A stretch of DNA of 62,917 bases, filler included, from Octopus bimaculoides (lineage: Eukaryota), in assembly GCF_001194135.2 (NCBI RefSeq). It is 4 parts of 4 records of this genome, joined end to end, with 100 filler letters (N's around TTAATTAATTAA, not from the genome) between each part and the next. Parts side by side here need not be neighbours in the genome. Positions count along the whole stretch, not along the records: positions 1 to 26,895 come from NC_068988.1; positions 26,996 to 40,907 come from NC_069007.1; 2 more parts are not named here. One strand, 5' to 3'. Positions within the stretch are counted from its first letter, which is position 1, and every line of letters begins with the position of its first letter. This document shows positions 13,801 to 27,574 of the stretch, one piece after another. Under the pieces are notes generated by a model, which saw only the letters and a program-made list of their open reading frames with translations, was not told where the DNA came from and ran no database searches. A program made the translations under genes and the position numbers.

Positions 13801-15899
13801 AGACAGCCAATCAGATGGATGGATTAAGCGAGTATGGATTAGTAATATATACCGTTCTTTCGTTAATTGATGTATGTTCCTATGTCATAATATGCCTAAC
13901 TTGAAACAGTAATGCAGATCGAAACGTGTGTGTATATGAGCTTGTGATTGCATGTATGTCTCTATATAAGTATATATGTGTGTGTCCTTGCATGTACCTC
14001 TGTGTTTGTGTGTGTGTTTGTGTATGTGTTTTTCCATGCATGTACTTGTGTGTTTGTGTGTGCGTGTGTGCGCGTTTGTGTATGTGTGTGTGTGTGTGTG
14101 CGTTTGTGTATGTGTATGTGTGTGTGTATGTGTGTTTGTGTATGTGTGTGTGTGTGTGTGTCTGTGTATANNNNNNNNNNNNNNNNNNNNNNNNNNNNNN
14201 NNNNNNNNNNNNNNNNNNNNNNNNNNNNNNNNNNNNNNNNNNNNNNNNNNNNNNNNNNNNNNNNNNNNNNNNNNNNNNNNNNNNNNNNNNNNNNNNNNNN
14301 NNNNNNNNNNNNNNNNNNNNNNNNNNNNNNNNNNNNNNNNNNNNNNNNNNNNNNNNNNNNNNNNNNNNNNNNNNNNNNNNNNNNNNNNNNNNNNNNNNNN
14401 NNNNNNNNNNNNNNNNNNNNNNNNNNNNNNNNNNNNNGGCAATAAGACACTCATTAGATTAGAAACTATATTTATTGCAAGTATATCTCGAGTGCAAAAT
14501 AAAAATGGTGATACGACCAGTCATAATAATAATAATAATAATGATAATAATAATAATAATAATACCTACCACTACTACTATCATGTTTGCTATCTTCCAG
14601 TGTTTGATATCCATAAAACGAGCAAGAGTATTTTCAAGAAAGTGAACATAAAAACTTACGAGTTTTTTCATTGTAATCACTAAAAGAATTATGAGCTTTG
14701 ATGTCAAACTATTTTATTATATACCTACGGTTTCCATGCTCAACGTAAAGACCCTGCCATTTGGTTATTTCTCCTTGTAATCTCCTTCTGTCTGTCGCCC
14801 TTCAAACTATAAAAGGAAACAACAACAACATCATTATCATCATCATTATCAGCATCAACGTTATTTTTTCTTCTTCTTTTTCATGTTTATGTCTATGAAA
14901 GTAGTCATATTTTTGGAGCGTTTCTTCAGCGTGCAGTGTGCGTGTTTTCTAATGTATCGACAATACTTGTACTGTATGTGTACAATCGCTAGTGATACTA
15001 TACGTATGTTGTGTATATGTTTGTAATGTGTTTGTGTATATGTTTGTAATGCCCGTGTTTTTGGTTATGTATTTTTTCTGTATTATGTTTAATCATTCCC
15101 AATACACCTATTATTGTTGAGATTATTTTTATTCTAAATCACCAAATTGCCATTATCTTTACTTGCAGATCTCTTTTCTAGAACAGTTTCCTCATTTCCT
15201 TTCGAGATAAATTTTTCTATGTTCAAATTGTGACATCAATTCGCATATATGTCTTTTTCTGATGTTCTCTGACAATAATATCCGATCGATTTGCATTTTT
15301 ATCATAATTGGCTGTCACTTTTGAAATCACATGGCAAAATAAATTCTACAAATGTTTGGAGAAAGTATTTGTAAACACATACTAATATACTCTTATTGCT
15401 AGTTGCTTCTTTTGTATGCGGGCTAGGAAGCTAGCTAGTGTTCAGTTTTTCCACGTCTAGGGGATGGAATTTGTTTCTAAAATTTTGTTGTATTTCAGGA
15501 TGGTCATTACGCCAATGGTTCAATTTTACTTCTCTATTATTAGTCAATTCATTAATTATTTATCTAACCAAAAAATAAATCAGTTTTTTAATCCATTAAA
15601 CAATCGAGCAGTTGTTAGCCAAATTTCTATCGTGGCCATTCGCGACCTCATAAATAACATGCCCTCTTTCCTCGGAGGAGTGCAAGAAAATTGGGAGGTA
15701 GGGGTCAATTAAAACGTAAGTAACCACTTTCTCCATCACTACAAGCAATACTAATATAGTTGACGTTCGTGACTANNNNNNNNNNATATATATATATATT
15801 TGTGTGTGTGTGTGTGTGTATCCACACATAGAATACATGTATAATATTCACACACACACATGTACACACTTACAGAGCGCCAACGCCTAGACAGAGAGA

Positions 15900-17082
15900 G
15901 AAGAAACTACTAACTTCTAAGAATATGCACCACCCAAAAGCAGATGTCTATCATCTGTACCTACTTATAAGTAATGGGGAAAGAGGAATGATGCAGGTAA
16001 AACTGTGCTATAAGACCTCCACAATAAAATGAATAGGTACTTATCTAATATAGAGGACTGGGTGCTGTAACTTGCGTGCAAACATGAAAGCGGCAAAAAT
16101 CATATTCTATTTTGAAGGAAGCTTGCAAATTCGCAAGGGAACTTGGCATACACCCTGAATTAGATGAAGAACCTGAAACCACTGCCACCAAACAAGCGAA
16201 ATGGATCAAGCAGACTGTAAAAAAGAACGGGCAGAAACAAATTGAGGAACGGTGGAGCCAGAAGCCTCTGCACTGACAGTATATACTTCGAAGTCGAAAT
16301 GTAGATCAAGCAACAAACCATCTGTGACTGAGAAGTTCAAGACTAAAAGCAGAGACTGAAGGTTTCATATTGGGAGCACAAGATCAAAGCTTAGTCACAA
16401 ACTCTACCAGGCTAACGTTCATCAAAACGGTTCTTGACCCTAAATGCAGATTCTGCGACACATTTGACGAAACAATAGACCATCTTATCACGGGATGTCT
16501 TGTGCTGACACCAAACGAATACAAAAATTGCCACGATAGGGTAGGACAGTATTTACAATGGAAAATATGAAAATATGTAAACACTACAAAATCAGCACTC
16601 ATGCTTACTGGTATGAATATCATCCTGAGCCAGTTGTTGAAGGTAAAACTGTTACTATCCTCTGGGATTTTCCAGTCAACACTGACAGAACGATCCAAGC
16701 TAATCGACCAAGGACCAAGAAATTGAAATACAAAAGATGTGGCATCTTAAAATGAGAACTGTTCCTGTTATTGAAGGTACTCTAGTTATGATAAAAAAAA
16801 AAAAGAATGTCAGAAAGATCTAGGTAAGATACCAGGAGAATCATGTCTCAGAGAAATCCAAAAGATTGTACTGACAAGTACGGCCCACATCCTTAGAAAA
16901 ACCCTATCCATTTAAATGTCTGTGTTATATTACATGAAGATATTTCGCTACTTCCCCTCCCCAGGCTTTCAGTGATACTGCAACATCTCTTATCCTTCAC
17001 TCGCCCCAGAACACTAGGTGTGTTTCGGCAAGTGACTTTAACAAACATACAGATTATAACTAAATAATAATAATAATAATAA
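15900..17082 (+). mobile_element. 5'-truncated, decayed Dong/R4-like (RLE) non-LTR retrotransposon with (TAA)n tail
   Basis: HHPKADVYHLY; LKAETEGFILGAQDQSL; CCHC finger CRFCDTFDETIDHLITGC; ILWDFPVNTDRTIQANRP (RLE); QKIVLTSTAHILRKTLSI*; tail taataataa from about 17060. Contains stops and frameshifts. Confidence 0.9.
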
Positions 17083-17097
17083 NNNNNNNNNNAACTA

Positions 17098-17151
<54 letters not shown>

Positions 17152-17239
17152 CCTTTCTGTATTAGCCACAAGGGCCGACAAAAATAAGATTGAAGGAAGT
17201 AACTACGGCCGACCAACACAATAATAATAATAATAATGG

Positions 17240-17415
17240 CCCACGACCAGTAATTTTGGGGACTCTGGTGCTCGACTAGTACTTATTGTTATCAACCCCG
17301 AAAAGATGAAAGGCAAATTTGACCTCAGCTGAATTTGAACTCAAAACGCAAAGTAGGAAGAGACGCCAGTAAGCACTTTCTCAGACGTGCTTATGATTCA
17401 GCCAGCTCACCACCC
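17240..17415 (-). mobile_element. SINE family A
   Basis: aaccccgaaaagatgaaaggcaaatttgacctcagctgaatttgaactc...gccagctcaccacc. Confidence 0.8.
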
Positions 17416-18194
17416 TACCATTCCCTATCTATTATTAAAGTACCAACTTAAATTAAACTGTTTTTATTGCTTAATATGGGGTTTTAGTTTATGTGGAGGT
17501 ATACAAATAAGGAAAGACGTAACAAGTTGGTTTCAGAAAAAAAAACATTCTTATAAAAGCCTCGACTAGAATAGCAATAATATCTTTAACAGATAGGATA
17601 TATTATTACTGAAAATGTGATTACATGAGCTAAATTTCAAAGGTTTCTTCACCTTGACACATGTCTGCCGAGAATCCTGACATTCAGCTATTTCTATTTC
17701 CAGCACAATCATCAGGAAGAGCAATGCATTTACAACATTACAGGTTTCACCGGAAATGCGCTGAAAGAATGTTCATATAATTGTCAACTTTGCCTCCAAT
17801 AGATCGCTCAGCTAAAAGCTTTTCAATAGCTTGACAGCTTACTTAGATATCCCTACAACCAAATTGCCTTAAGTTCTCGATATTTTTTCATCTGCTTTGC
17901 TTTAAAAGTACAACTACAGGATTACTGTAGTAGTTGTAATACTGTAAAAAAATTATTTGTAAAATATATTCTTTCTTCCTGCTAAAATTAGAAATTTACC
18001 GTGTACAGAAAATTTCATAATTTTATGTTTCTAAACATTTTGCGTTTGACCATAGCTCTATCAGCTTCTTCAAAACAGAGATAAAGATATGCATGGGAGA
18101 TATGTAGAGTTATTTCTTAGATGGCACTTCCACAGATTCCAACCAGGGAGATGGGGGAGCAGTTCAATAGATACTGACGCTCTGAGAAGTGCGT

Positions 18195-18486
18195 GGCGAA
18201 ATGTGTGACAGGTCTTGCAGTGTCGTTAAGAAGCTCGCTTTGCAATCATGTAGTTTCGGTCTCTGGTCCAGTGCGTGGGGATGTGGGCAAAGTTGTGCGG
18301 AAGCCAGTCGTACGCATGTATGTATATATATATATATATATATAATAAAACGAATGGTTTACACCTGGTAGCTTACTGGTAAAGCACAGTCACTTTCACA
18401 GTGATCGTTACGTATATGGTAAATATACGAAACAACTGTGGTTAATAATAAATTCTCGTATATTCCATCTTCCGCCTTTCATTTAC

Positions 18487-18569
<83 letters not shown>

Positions 18570-18735
18570 CATCCTCTGTGTTTGCCAACCTAGCGGTACG
18601 GCAAAGGACCGATAAAAGAAGTACCATACTTTAAAAAATAAGTACTGGTGTCGCCTTTCTGGTTAAAACTCCTCGTGGCAGCGCCTCTACCATGTTTGCT
18701 GTCTAGTGACGGGAGCGTAGAAAGTAAAAAGATGA
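18195..18735 (+). mobile_element. SINE family B, degenerate, with internal TA/TG tracts
   Basis: Degenerate head at about 18195-18310. The 3' half tagcggtacggcaaaggaccgata...aagtactgg follows (TG)n. Confidence 0.6.
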
Positions 18736-19189
18736 AAATAAAAAATAGGGTTCTGGGATATTGTAGAACAAGAAATTAAAAGTTGCAAGGATTTAACAGT
18801 AATGAAACCTGTAGACCTTTTGTTAAGTAGATACTGCCTTTACGGGACACAGTGTATTTGAAGGTGCTTCAAATACCGTGTCAACTATAGCGATAGTTTA
18901 TAGATTTGTCATCACTATCTGGTACGTCATCAGAGCCATAGCATAATGTAGAATTATATAAAAATATCATTGACGTCTAATGTTTTATTAACAGCTATAG
19001 ATTATGCTTTATTGCAATATATTTGAGTACAAGACATATCATCATAGCTGTATACTACAGTTGTTTTTCATGGTGCTATTACTACCATATGTTGTATGTA
19101 GTGGAAGAGTACAATGTGTTGCTTTGCAATGAGAAGTGGTAGGATTTAACGTTTCAAACGTCATCTTTCCTAGCAAGCGAACATATAAT

Positions 19190-19380
19190 ATTATTTCTAT
19201 AGGAACAAGCCTGATATTTTTGGTGGGAAGGATTTAGCGGATTGCATCAATCCCTGTACTTGACTGACATCTTATTTTATTGACCCTGAAAGGATTACGG
19301 GAAATGCCGACCTCGGCAGAATTCGAACTCAGAACAAAATTCCGAAAGAAATGCTGCTAAGGATTTTGTCCTCACCGCCT
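19190..19380 (-). mobile_element. SINE family A
   Basis: gacctcggcagaattcgaactcagaac...cctcaccgcc. Confidence 0.75.
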
Positions 19381-20006
19381 TCAGAAAGGATATAATATAA
19401 ACCGAGAAGTATATGGATGAGTTATCACCTTGGAGCTATTGTCATTGTCGGTAATGTTCAAAACCGTTTAAGCCATGATATTCTCGACTTTTATTCAGAG
19501 AGTGCATTTAAGTTTATATTATACACTGTTCCAAGGAGCTTCAGCTTCTGCGTGACTAATAAGTTTCCCTACATTGTAGTTTTTTATAGAATATCGACAC
19601 TAATACGTAGCTGTACATAGGTATGCTGCAGTGCTATACATTAATACCCGCTGCACGTAGCAGTTCTGACAGCATCGTAGAAATGAAAATTTATTCATCG
19701 ACTTCCACCGTAAGTTCACATTAGTTCATCCCATATTAAGACAAATAACTTTCTGGGCAACCAGTTTACCTATCCAGGGAACCCATTCATCTCCCATAGA
19801 AAATGGTGTTTTGTTCCGAGCCCAAGAATTATTATTGTTTGTAACATGACTAAATGTCTGATTCTTTTAAAATGACGAATATTACCAAAGCCAGTCGGCG
19901 CGAAATTCTCAATAATATTAGACATAGATATACACACATAAACAAATATACACATTAAGATAAATAAATATATATAGATAGATAGATAGATAGATAGAGA
20001 AAGAGA

Positions 20007-20056
<50 letters not shown>

Positions 20057-20898
20057 GAGAGAAACAGGGAGAGACAGACAGGCAGACAGACAGAAATATA
20101 TTTTCACATATAATTCTTGACAAATGCCACCAATTTTTTGTTATTTCAAGAACCAATTATTCTATGCACTTACCTCGAAATATTGTGACATTCCCAAATC
20201 AACGTATTACTTTTGTTTTATTCAGATTCTTTTTCTTTCTTTTTTCATGTCTTTCATTAATCATATCTTTCTTCCTTTTTTTTTTCATCATCACCATCCA
20301 GTCATACACACACATACATATAAATTATTCCTGCCCCTCTTTATTCATCTGCGATTTCACCCACATAACAACGTTAATAAGTGTTTAATACACCCTTCAA
20401 CCTAGAATATTCTTTCATCATAACCCCTCTTTCTTTTCTCTTTAAGATCTACTTGAACATTCACCTTCAAGCTCGCTAGATGTCAGTGTGTGATCAGCTT
20501 AATATGGAGTATAGTATTCTAAGCTAGAGAGGTATCACAGATATTTAGTATATCAAATTAAGTTACCTGAAATGTGTTCGACACTCCACGAAGTCTCTAT
20601 TTAGTATGTCAGCGTGAACAAAATATTATATTCTTTGATCGTGATGTGGCCGCTCGAGATGAGAAGAAATAGAAATGAAATATACTCAAAACTACATTCG
20701 ATATTCTTAGAAGAAAAGTCAATTGAGCAAGGTTCTGGATTCATTGTGCCTATGCAAAAGAAAGGATGACCATGACTGGAAAGAGTTTTCGATTTGAAAG
20801 CCTTTAATTGAAAACCAGAGGCTACGGTTTTCGCCCGGAAAAAATATAATCATCCCAAGAAAATATTACAAAGTCATATACTTGTCTGTGCCTGTTCG

Positions 20899-20951
<53 letters not shown>

Positions 20952-22771
20952 ACTTAATAACGATTTTAGAGAGTGCCGTTTACAGAGACTGATCGGAGTG
21001 GAAGTTGGGCAGCGACATGAGGTATCCTGATCATACCGAGAGGACTGCATTTCAGTCCTATTTAGGTGTATCATTACAATTAGGTTTGTTATGTTTACTC
21101 AATGTGCAACCTGTAGTAATATATAGTATGAACTTTTTTGTCGTACTTTCCGTTTATTACATAATGTATATTGCCAATCACTTTGTTACCTCGTTTACGT
21201 GATACGTTAGTAATTTTTGCATCAGTCTTCGTGACCCAGCAATGACACGATTATAATTATTTATTAGCGTGGTCGATGGTAGAACCTATTTATGCTTTCT
21301 GTTTCAGTCCTACTGGGGTCGATTTTGCATTTCGATTCTCGTGAACAAGAGAAATAAGTACCAGTTTTGAAATGACGCTGAATTTTTTTTTATATCTGCC
21401 CATCTCAAAAGATTATATTTTACTTTGAAAGCTTTATTATAAATATCACTTAGAATATTAAGCACTCATCATGTTGCCCATTGGATATCCTGACGGTACC
21501 TCTTTACAACAAGATCGATTATACATGTTGTACTCTTTATATTTTGAGACACAATACCTATATCTACACCAAAATGAACGGTAGCCACATGCAGTACTTA
21601 CTGAACGCAGCGCAATAAGCTTTGACTTAGTATGGAATCTATTCGCATTGAATTGGACGTGAAGGATTTTGCTTGGAGTACAGGAACGTCTGACTGTCCG
21701 GTTTGTACTCCGACGTTTGCTTATTCGATCAGCTGTAGCTTTGCTCTGTGATATACTTATAAAAATGTCATTCATCAGACATAATCTCTCTTTATCCTAT
21801 TTAAATAGCGATTAATAGTATACTTTCGTGACAATAAATCCACCTAGTTAATGGTTTAATCCAGTAGCTAGTTTTCAACTTGATTTTTTTTCACTTCTAT
21901 TCTCCCTTCCTATATTTGCCAGTGTTGTTGTTGGTGGTGGTGCTGCTTCGACTACTACTACTACTACTACTACTACATAACATTGACAGAAGGTGGTAGT
22001 CTATTGAATCGCTTTCCAAGATATTGCTAGTATATATTTTACCGGTCTTTGAGGATGAAAGACTATATCGGAACTTGCAAGTATTTAACTCTGAACGAAA
22101 AGGAACATAATCCGATAGGAGTTCCACATTCTTCTGTTGTAGTATACTGCTCTGTAGATTTTGCCAGAAGGGCAATAAAGGAAGAAATGTTACACATATG
22201 AAGCAGAAATACACGAAGACTGGAAGAGCTACATCAAGTGTTAAAACGAAATTACAATTGAATAATAACAGGATAACTGTATAAATGCAAGGATATTCCA
22301 GATGGGGAGTAAAGTAGCACTGCACATGGATGACTTCATTTGCCCTCAATAAAAGATTAAATTTCTTCTCTCAGATATCGGTCTACAACAAAAACGTCTT
22401 TCGTAAATTTACGGGCAGTGAGAACTTACCTTTCCAGCCTTACTTTCCAAATTAGATGATACTAGATGAAAATAATAAGAGATTTGTTTGAAAGCAAAAA
22501 AAAAGGTTCACCCTGAAACTAGTGAGACTCATTCAGGAAAAATGATGAAGAATAAGGATAGCTCATCAAAGTTTATAAGTTTATAGCGAAACAAATATAG
22601 TTTTATTATAAACATCAGAACACTTCAGCGTGGGCTCCATTAGTTGCACACAACACATCTGCACAATACAATAAATTGAGGAAATTGTAAAGTTAATTTA
22701 TGAACTGCATTAAAACTGAAAGTCTTAGCGATAGGATTTGCTTGATATACATGTATTCATCGGCACCTACA

Positions 22772-23153
22772 GTTGTTGTTGGCATTCCGTCGCTTACGAC
22801 GTCGAGGGTTCCAGTTGATCCAATCAACGGAACAGCCTGCTCGTGAAATTAACGTGCAAGTGGCTGAGCACTCCACAGACACGTGTATCCTTAACGTAGT
22901 TCTCTGGGATATTCAGTGTGACACAGTGTGACAAGGCTGACCCTTTGAATTACAGGCACAACAGAAACAGGAAGTAAGAGAAAGTTGTGGTGAAAGAGTA
23001 CAGCAGGGTTCGCCACCATCCCCTGCCGGAGCCTCGTGGAGCTTTAGGTGTTTTCGCTCAATAAACACTCACAACGCCTGGTCTGGGAATCGAAACCGTG
23101 ATCCTATGACCGCGAGTTCGCTGCCCTAACTACTGGGCCATTGCACCTCCACG
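22772..23153 (-). mobile_element. SINE family C, full length, with target-site duplication
   Basis: Highly similar reverse complement of 35874-36261. Flanks are gcacctacagt (22763-73) and gcatctacagt (23154-64). Confidence 0.92.
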
Positions 23154-23199
23154 GCATCTACAGTAACTTCTAAACAAATAGCATTCATAGTCTTCACTA

Positions 23200-23400
23200 A
23201 CCAACTTCAGAATGTGAGGGTTGTTTTACTAGCTGATGGAGTATTGTGAATACCTGAAAAGTCACTCCAGTTTCCACTCTACCGTTTATCTGAGATACCA
23301 ATTCGGTCACGTACACAGGCTGAGGGAAAACCTTCTGAACAAGCAAATGCCGTACTGGCATTCCTTCGAGGTAATCTGTCTCCGTACTATACATACATCA
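23200..23400 (+). mobile_element. Decayed RTE-like LINE C-terminal fragment
   Basis: YQFGHVHRLRENLLNKQMPY resembles the RTE W.GHV.RM...R.PKQ.LY motif. Confidence 0.4.
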
Positions 23401-23759
23401 GTAAACAAGTACATTTATATCCCATTGAGCGAGTACTGACAGAGAGTGACCTAATTACCAGTTAGAGTTCAATTTTTCCACTTCTCTGGGCAACGTATGG
23501 CTATCACGCATTGAATACCATCATGCAGTCTTTTCGAAACAGCTTTACTCGGCCCATTTCTGAGTGGTACTATCCTTGATCCAGCTCTTCTCCACTTGGA
23601 AATTCGAATTTCAAATATACCTCAAGTAATTTAACCAGGCCATAGGTGCCACGAAGATCGCTTGTTCATAGGTGCTTACCCTTCCAACACAGATTTCTTC
23701 TTTTTAAAGCCCACAGATTTTTCTGGTTAAATTTTATGTCTGTCATATTTGTAATATTG

Positions 23760-23975
23760 GTTTCAAATTTTAGCACAAGGACAGTAATTTTTCAGAGGAG
23801 GGGGGTTAGTCGATTACATCGACCTCAATGCTCATCTGGTACTTATTTTATTGAGCTCGGAAGGATGAAAGGCAAAGTCGACCTCAGCGGAATTTGAACT
23901 TCGAACGTAAAGATACACCAAATGTTGCTGAGCATTTTGCCCAGCGTGCAAGCGTTTCTACCAGCTCGCCACCTT
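23760..23975 (-). mobile_element. SINE family A
   Basis: ggatgaaaggcaaagtcgacctcagcggaatttgaacttcgaacgtaaag...ccagctcgccacc. Confidence 0.85.
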
Positions 23976-24827
23976 GTCAAATTTGCAGTATTAATGATTT
24001 CTAACATAAACACAAAGGATGTTGGGTGTAGTTGATTGAATGATTAAAGCAGAACTTGACTGGAGCTACAATAATTCCTAGTTTATTGAACTATCTCCCC
24101 TTTTGTTTAGGATTCAATAATGAAAATATCTAGTCGTTTCCTTTTCACAACAAATATGAAAATTTCATTTCACTAGTGTCTTTTTCAGTTGTCCAATCGT
24201 ACGATCATATATACCTGATTCATTTCAATCTATGCTACTAGCTTACTTAACGTAGCTCCCATAAATATATACCTTTATTTTTAATTTGCAAGACAGTGAT
24301 TCATTTTACCAATCCAGAAATGGAAAGACCAAATTGATCGCAGTAGGTTTGAATTCAGAACGTAAAGAGATGTAACAAACTCACAGTAATAATAGTCTGT
24401 TTAATGTTTCTGGTTGCTTGTTTATGTCCTTCTATTTAGTATCGAATTAACAGCAACAATCGTAAATACACTAGCAACAATATTTCTACTACACCAACAC
24501 GATGACTACCACCACGACCACAACCACTAAGTAACAACAACGACAACAACAACAGCAGCAGCAGTAGCAACGACCATATCGAACCTTTACCTCATTTATT
24601 TATTTGCTCCGTTCTTGGCAGTTTCAACATTTTCTTTACGGTATTTTCCCATTCTCTTGACGTTTCCGACAGAGATTTCTTTTTTCTATTTAGTTTTCAT
24701 CACAAACACCCACATTCTGTACTATACTTCACACAGCTCACTTCTAGTTTCTTTATTTTTAACTACAACTTAACCCTTTGCTTCTGCAGCCCCCATTCAA
24801 AAATATATCACTAATATTATCTTATCT

Positions 24828-24867
<40 letters not shown>

Positions 24868-25281
24868 GAAAACCTCCTCAAACTCTAGCCAACTTTTGTT
24901 CCGTCTCTTCGAATTGAACTCGTTCCAAAAACCCAAAAAATCGGTAGCTAGCTCCAACGGTCTATAGTCGTTTTTGGTTATCGACTGGTTGGCTCGAATT
25001 CACATTTGCTTTCCCATCACTCCAACTGATGTTTACTTCCATTTTACTTACCTACTCAAGTATGCCAGCGCTGTACGGTAGAATGGAGGTAGGCTCTTAG
25101 TGTTCAAATGCTGTAATGTATGTTCGATACTGCGTTGAGCCTTATCACTTGTTAACATCGTTTACCTATCGTAATCAAATATTCCATTAAGAACGATATT
25201 GTAATACAGAACGTAAAAAGGGACATCGTCTACTATATTGTTACGGAAAATACACGCTCGCACGCGCTCACACACACACAC

Positions 25282-25325
<44 letters not shown>

Positions 25326-25725
25326 ATGAGCATGTTAAAACGGGCCCATGTACAAGCACACAGGTGTATACAAATGTTTAGTTAAACTAGAACTCACAAC
25401 GTAAAACAAGTATATTTCTTAATCTTTTTTTATCGTCAGGAAGTTACGTAAGTTACTCAAGGTCTAATATCTCATCCTGTGTACGTGTGCGCGTGCAAGA
25501 GGGTCGCACTTGTGTGCCAGGGTGTTATATGTGTGATCCATATCAAAATTCATGTTTATATATAAACGTATCCATATATGTATATATTTATGTATATATA
25601 TGAATATGGTTACATATGTGGGTGCCTGTGTGTTTATGCATACGCACACACACAGAAACACGCAAAATGTATATATATATATATATATAAGTATTCAATA
25701 TGCGTGACATACATACACACGCACC

Positions 25726-25762
<37 letters not shown>

Positions 25763-25987
25763 TTACTTTATATTTACATATATATATATATATATAGAAA
25801 GTAAGAAATAAAAGAGTCAAAACGAAGAGTAAGGCAGCTTTTTAATCGCTACGAATGTTTCGATACATACAGATCCTCGTATCTACAGGATTCAAAGTTA
25901 AGTTTAAGAAACCTACCGGCTATTTGGGAATTCTAAGGGTGAACGAGCTCTTTTTGTACTCTTATACGTTCTTAATAGAACACACCT

Positions 25988-26024
<37 letters not shown>

Positions 26025-26119
26025 TAATGTTTGTTTATATTCAGTTATAATAAAAACAATTTTTCATTAATCTGCTGGGTTACTCTATACCTTTGTAGAG
26101 TTCAAGTCTGTTTTTCTTA

Positions 26120-26237
26120 TACAAGAATGTTGTTGGCTGTGACCTCGAAGTTTTCGGTCAGCTAAGCCATTCTCAAATTATCTGATAATGGGTTATCTAG
26201 CCGACACTTCGAAGTCACTGTCAACAACTTTCTTGTA
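26120..26237. mobile_element. TA-flanked hairpin MITE, copy 1
   Basis: TA|CAAGAATGTTGTTGGCTGTGACCTCGAAGT ... ACTTCGAAGTCACTGTCAACAACTTTCTTG|TA, a 32-nt inverted repeat with 4 mismatches. Confidence 0.75.
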
Positions 26238-26857
26238 TCAGAATCATATATATATAATAAGTGAGAGAGAGGCGAGAGAAAACCTTGTTATTGGGCGAAT
26301 ATTGAAGTACGTAGAAAGAACTCAATTTTTAGAACAGAAAACGTAAGATATATAGATATTCGAACGTGTCAATTAAGTTTCATGAAAAATAATTACCTGC
26401 ACTTCATTTACATAACAATACCTTGTCTATATTGCAGATTTGTTACGTCCTATTTCTTGAAATATTGCTACTTGAACGAAAACGAAAGGGTGAAAAATAG
26501 TTGGAAATGTTGAGATGTTATAGAACAGGAAGAATGTAAATAGGGGAGGGGGTACAACTCTCTTAATTCTAAGGTGAATAATGATTCTTATATGAAGCGT
26601 AATTTTTTATGCAAAAATAATTGCTGAAATTACAATAAATTATAAAATATTCATGAAATATTTATTGAAAACAGGATATTATATTTCAATACTTATTTCT
26701 TAAATGAAGTGCGCTGTTTGAATATAATGTCATGTCTATTTTAAGGTGCTTTCAAAAATCTCTGTCAAATTGTGTTTGCGTGAATATGGAAAGGTGAAAG
26801 AGGGATTTTGGGAAACTTATACTGCAAGATAATGTGTGTATGTAGTAGAAGTATGTA

Positions 26858-26895
<38 letters not shown>

Positions 26896-26995
26896 NNNNN
26901 NNNNNNNNNNNNNNNNNNNNNNNNNNNNNNNNNNNNNNNTTAATTAATTAANNNNNNNNNNNNNNNNNNNNNNNNNNNNNNNNNNNNNNNNNNNN
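26896..26995. other. Scaffold-join linker: 44 N + TTAATTAATTAA + 44 N
   Basis: Exactly 100 bp, with a palindromic six-frame-stop 12-mer. Identical structure at 40908 and 46762. Confidence 0.9.
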
Positions 26996-26999
26996 GTAT

Positions 27000-27140
27000 A
27001 CATATATATATGTATTTATGTATACATATATATATGTATTTATGTATACATATATATATGTATTTATGTATACATATATATATGTATTTATGTATACATA
27101 TATATATGTATTTATGTATACATATATATATGTATTTATG
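27000..27140. repeat. 24-bp AT-rich tandem repeat (tacatatatatatgtatttatgta)n
   Basis: About 5 units. Gives the MYLCIHIY periodicity seen in the ORF track. Confidence 0.85.
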
Positions 27141-27220
27141 TACACATATATGTATATATTTATATGTATATATATGTATATATATGTATATATGTATATT
27201 TATATATGTATATATATATG

Positions 27221-27251
<31 letters not shown>

Positions 27252-27434
27252 GTCTCAGAAAATCTGTGGAGATAACTTTAAAAAGTGACTGAATCACACT
27301 GCTCACACGATAAGACAAAATATTGTCTTATAAAGCCTTGGTAGTATATTATGGTTGCACAGTGAAGTACAGTGTCCCTACCAGCAATTAATATCTATTA
27401 CTGTTCCTTCAATCTTTATCTCGTTATCTTTCAG

Positions 27435-27499
27435 TGATGGCTGTGGACGTACAGGAACTTATATCCTAATGGACATGGTTTTGAACCGAATGGCTAAAG
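27435..27499 (+). CDS. PTPRN: Internal exon (65 nt) of IA-2/PTPRN-family receptor-type tyrosine (pseudo)phosphatase, P-loop region
   Basis: Acceptor ttatctttcAG (27433-34) and donor AAAG|GTAGGT (27500). Reads (S)[21 protein letters not shown](G), near-identical to the recalled IA-2/phogrin motif [25 protein letters not shown]. Confidence 0.93.
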
Positions 27500-27574
27500 G
27501 TAGGTCACAAACCCTTCTGCTCTTTCTCTTACCCGTCTGTATGCGTTTTGGTGCACATGTGCACGTCTTTTTTT

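Noticed and set aside
21897-22349. 150-aa minus-strand ORF containing PHLEY
   Set aside because: No further CR1/L2 motifs, and the C-terminal part is a (TAG)/(CAC) microsatellite.
24188-24215. CPIVRSY as the missing PTPRN CPIIVHCS exon
   Set aside because: Only CPIV matches. There is no HCS, no upstream RKVNK and no suitable donor.
26940-26951. TTAATTAATTAA as a homeodomain site or piggyBac-type TTAA footprint
   Set aside because: It is centred in exactly 44+44 N three times, so it is an artificial linker.
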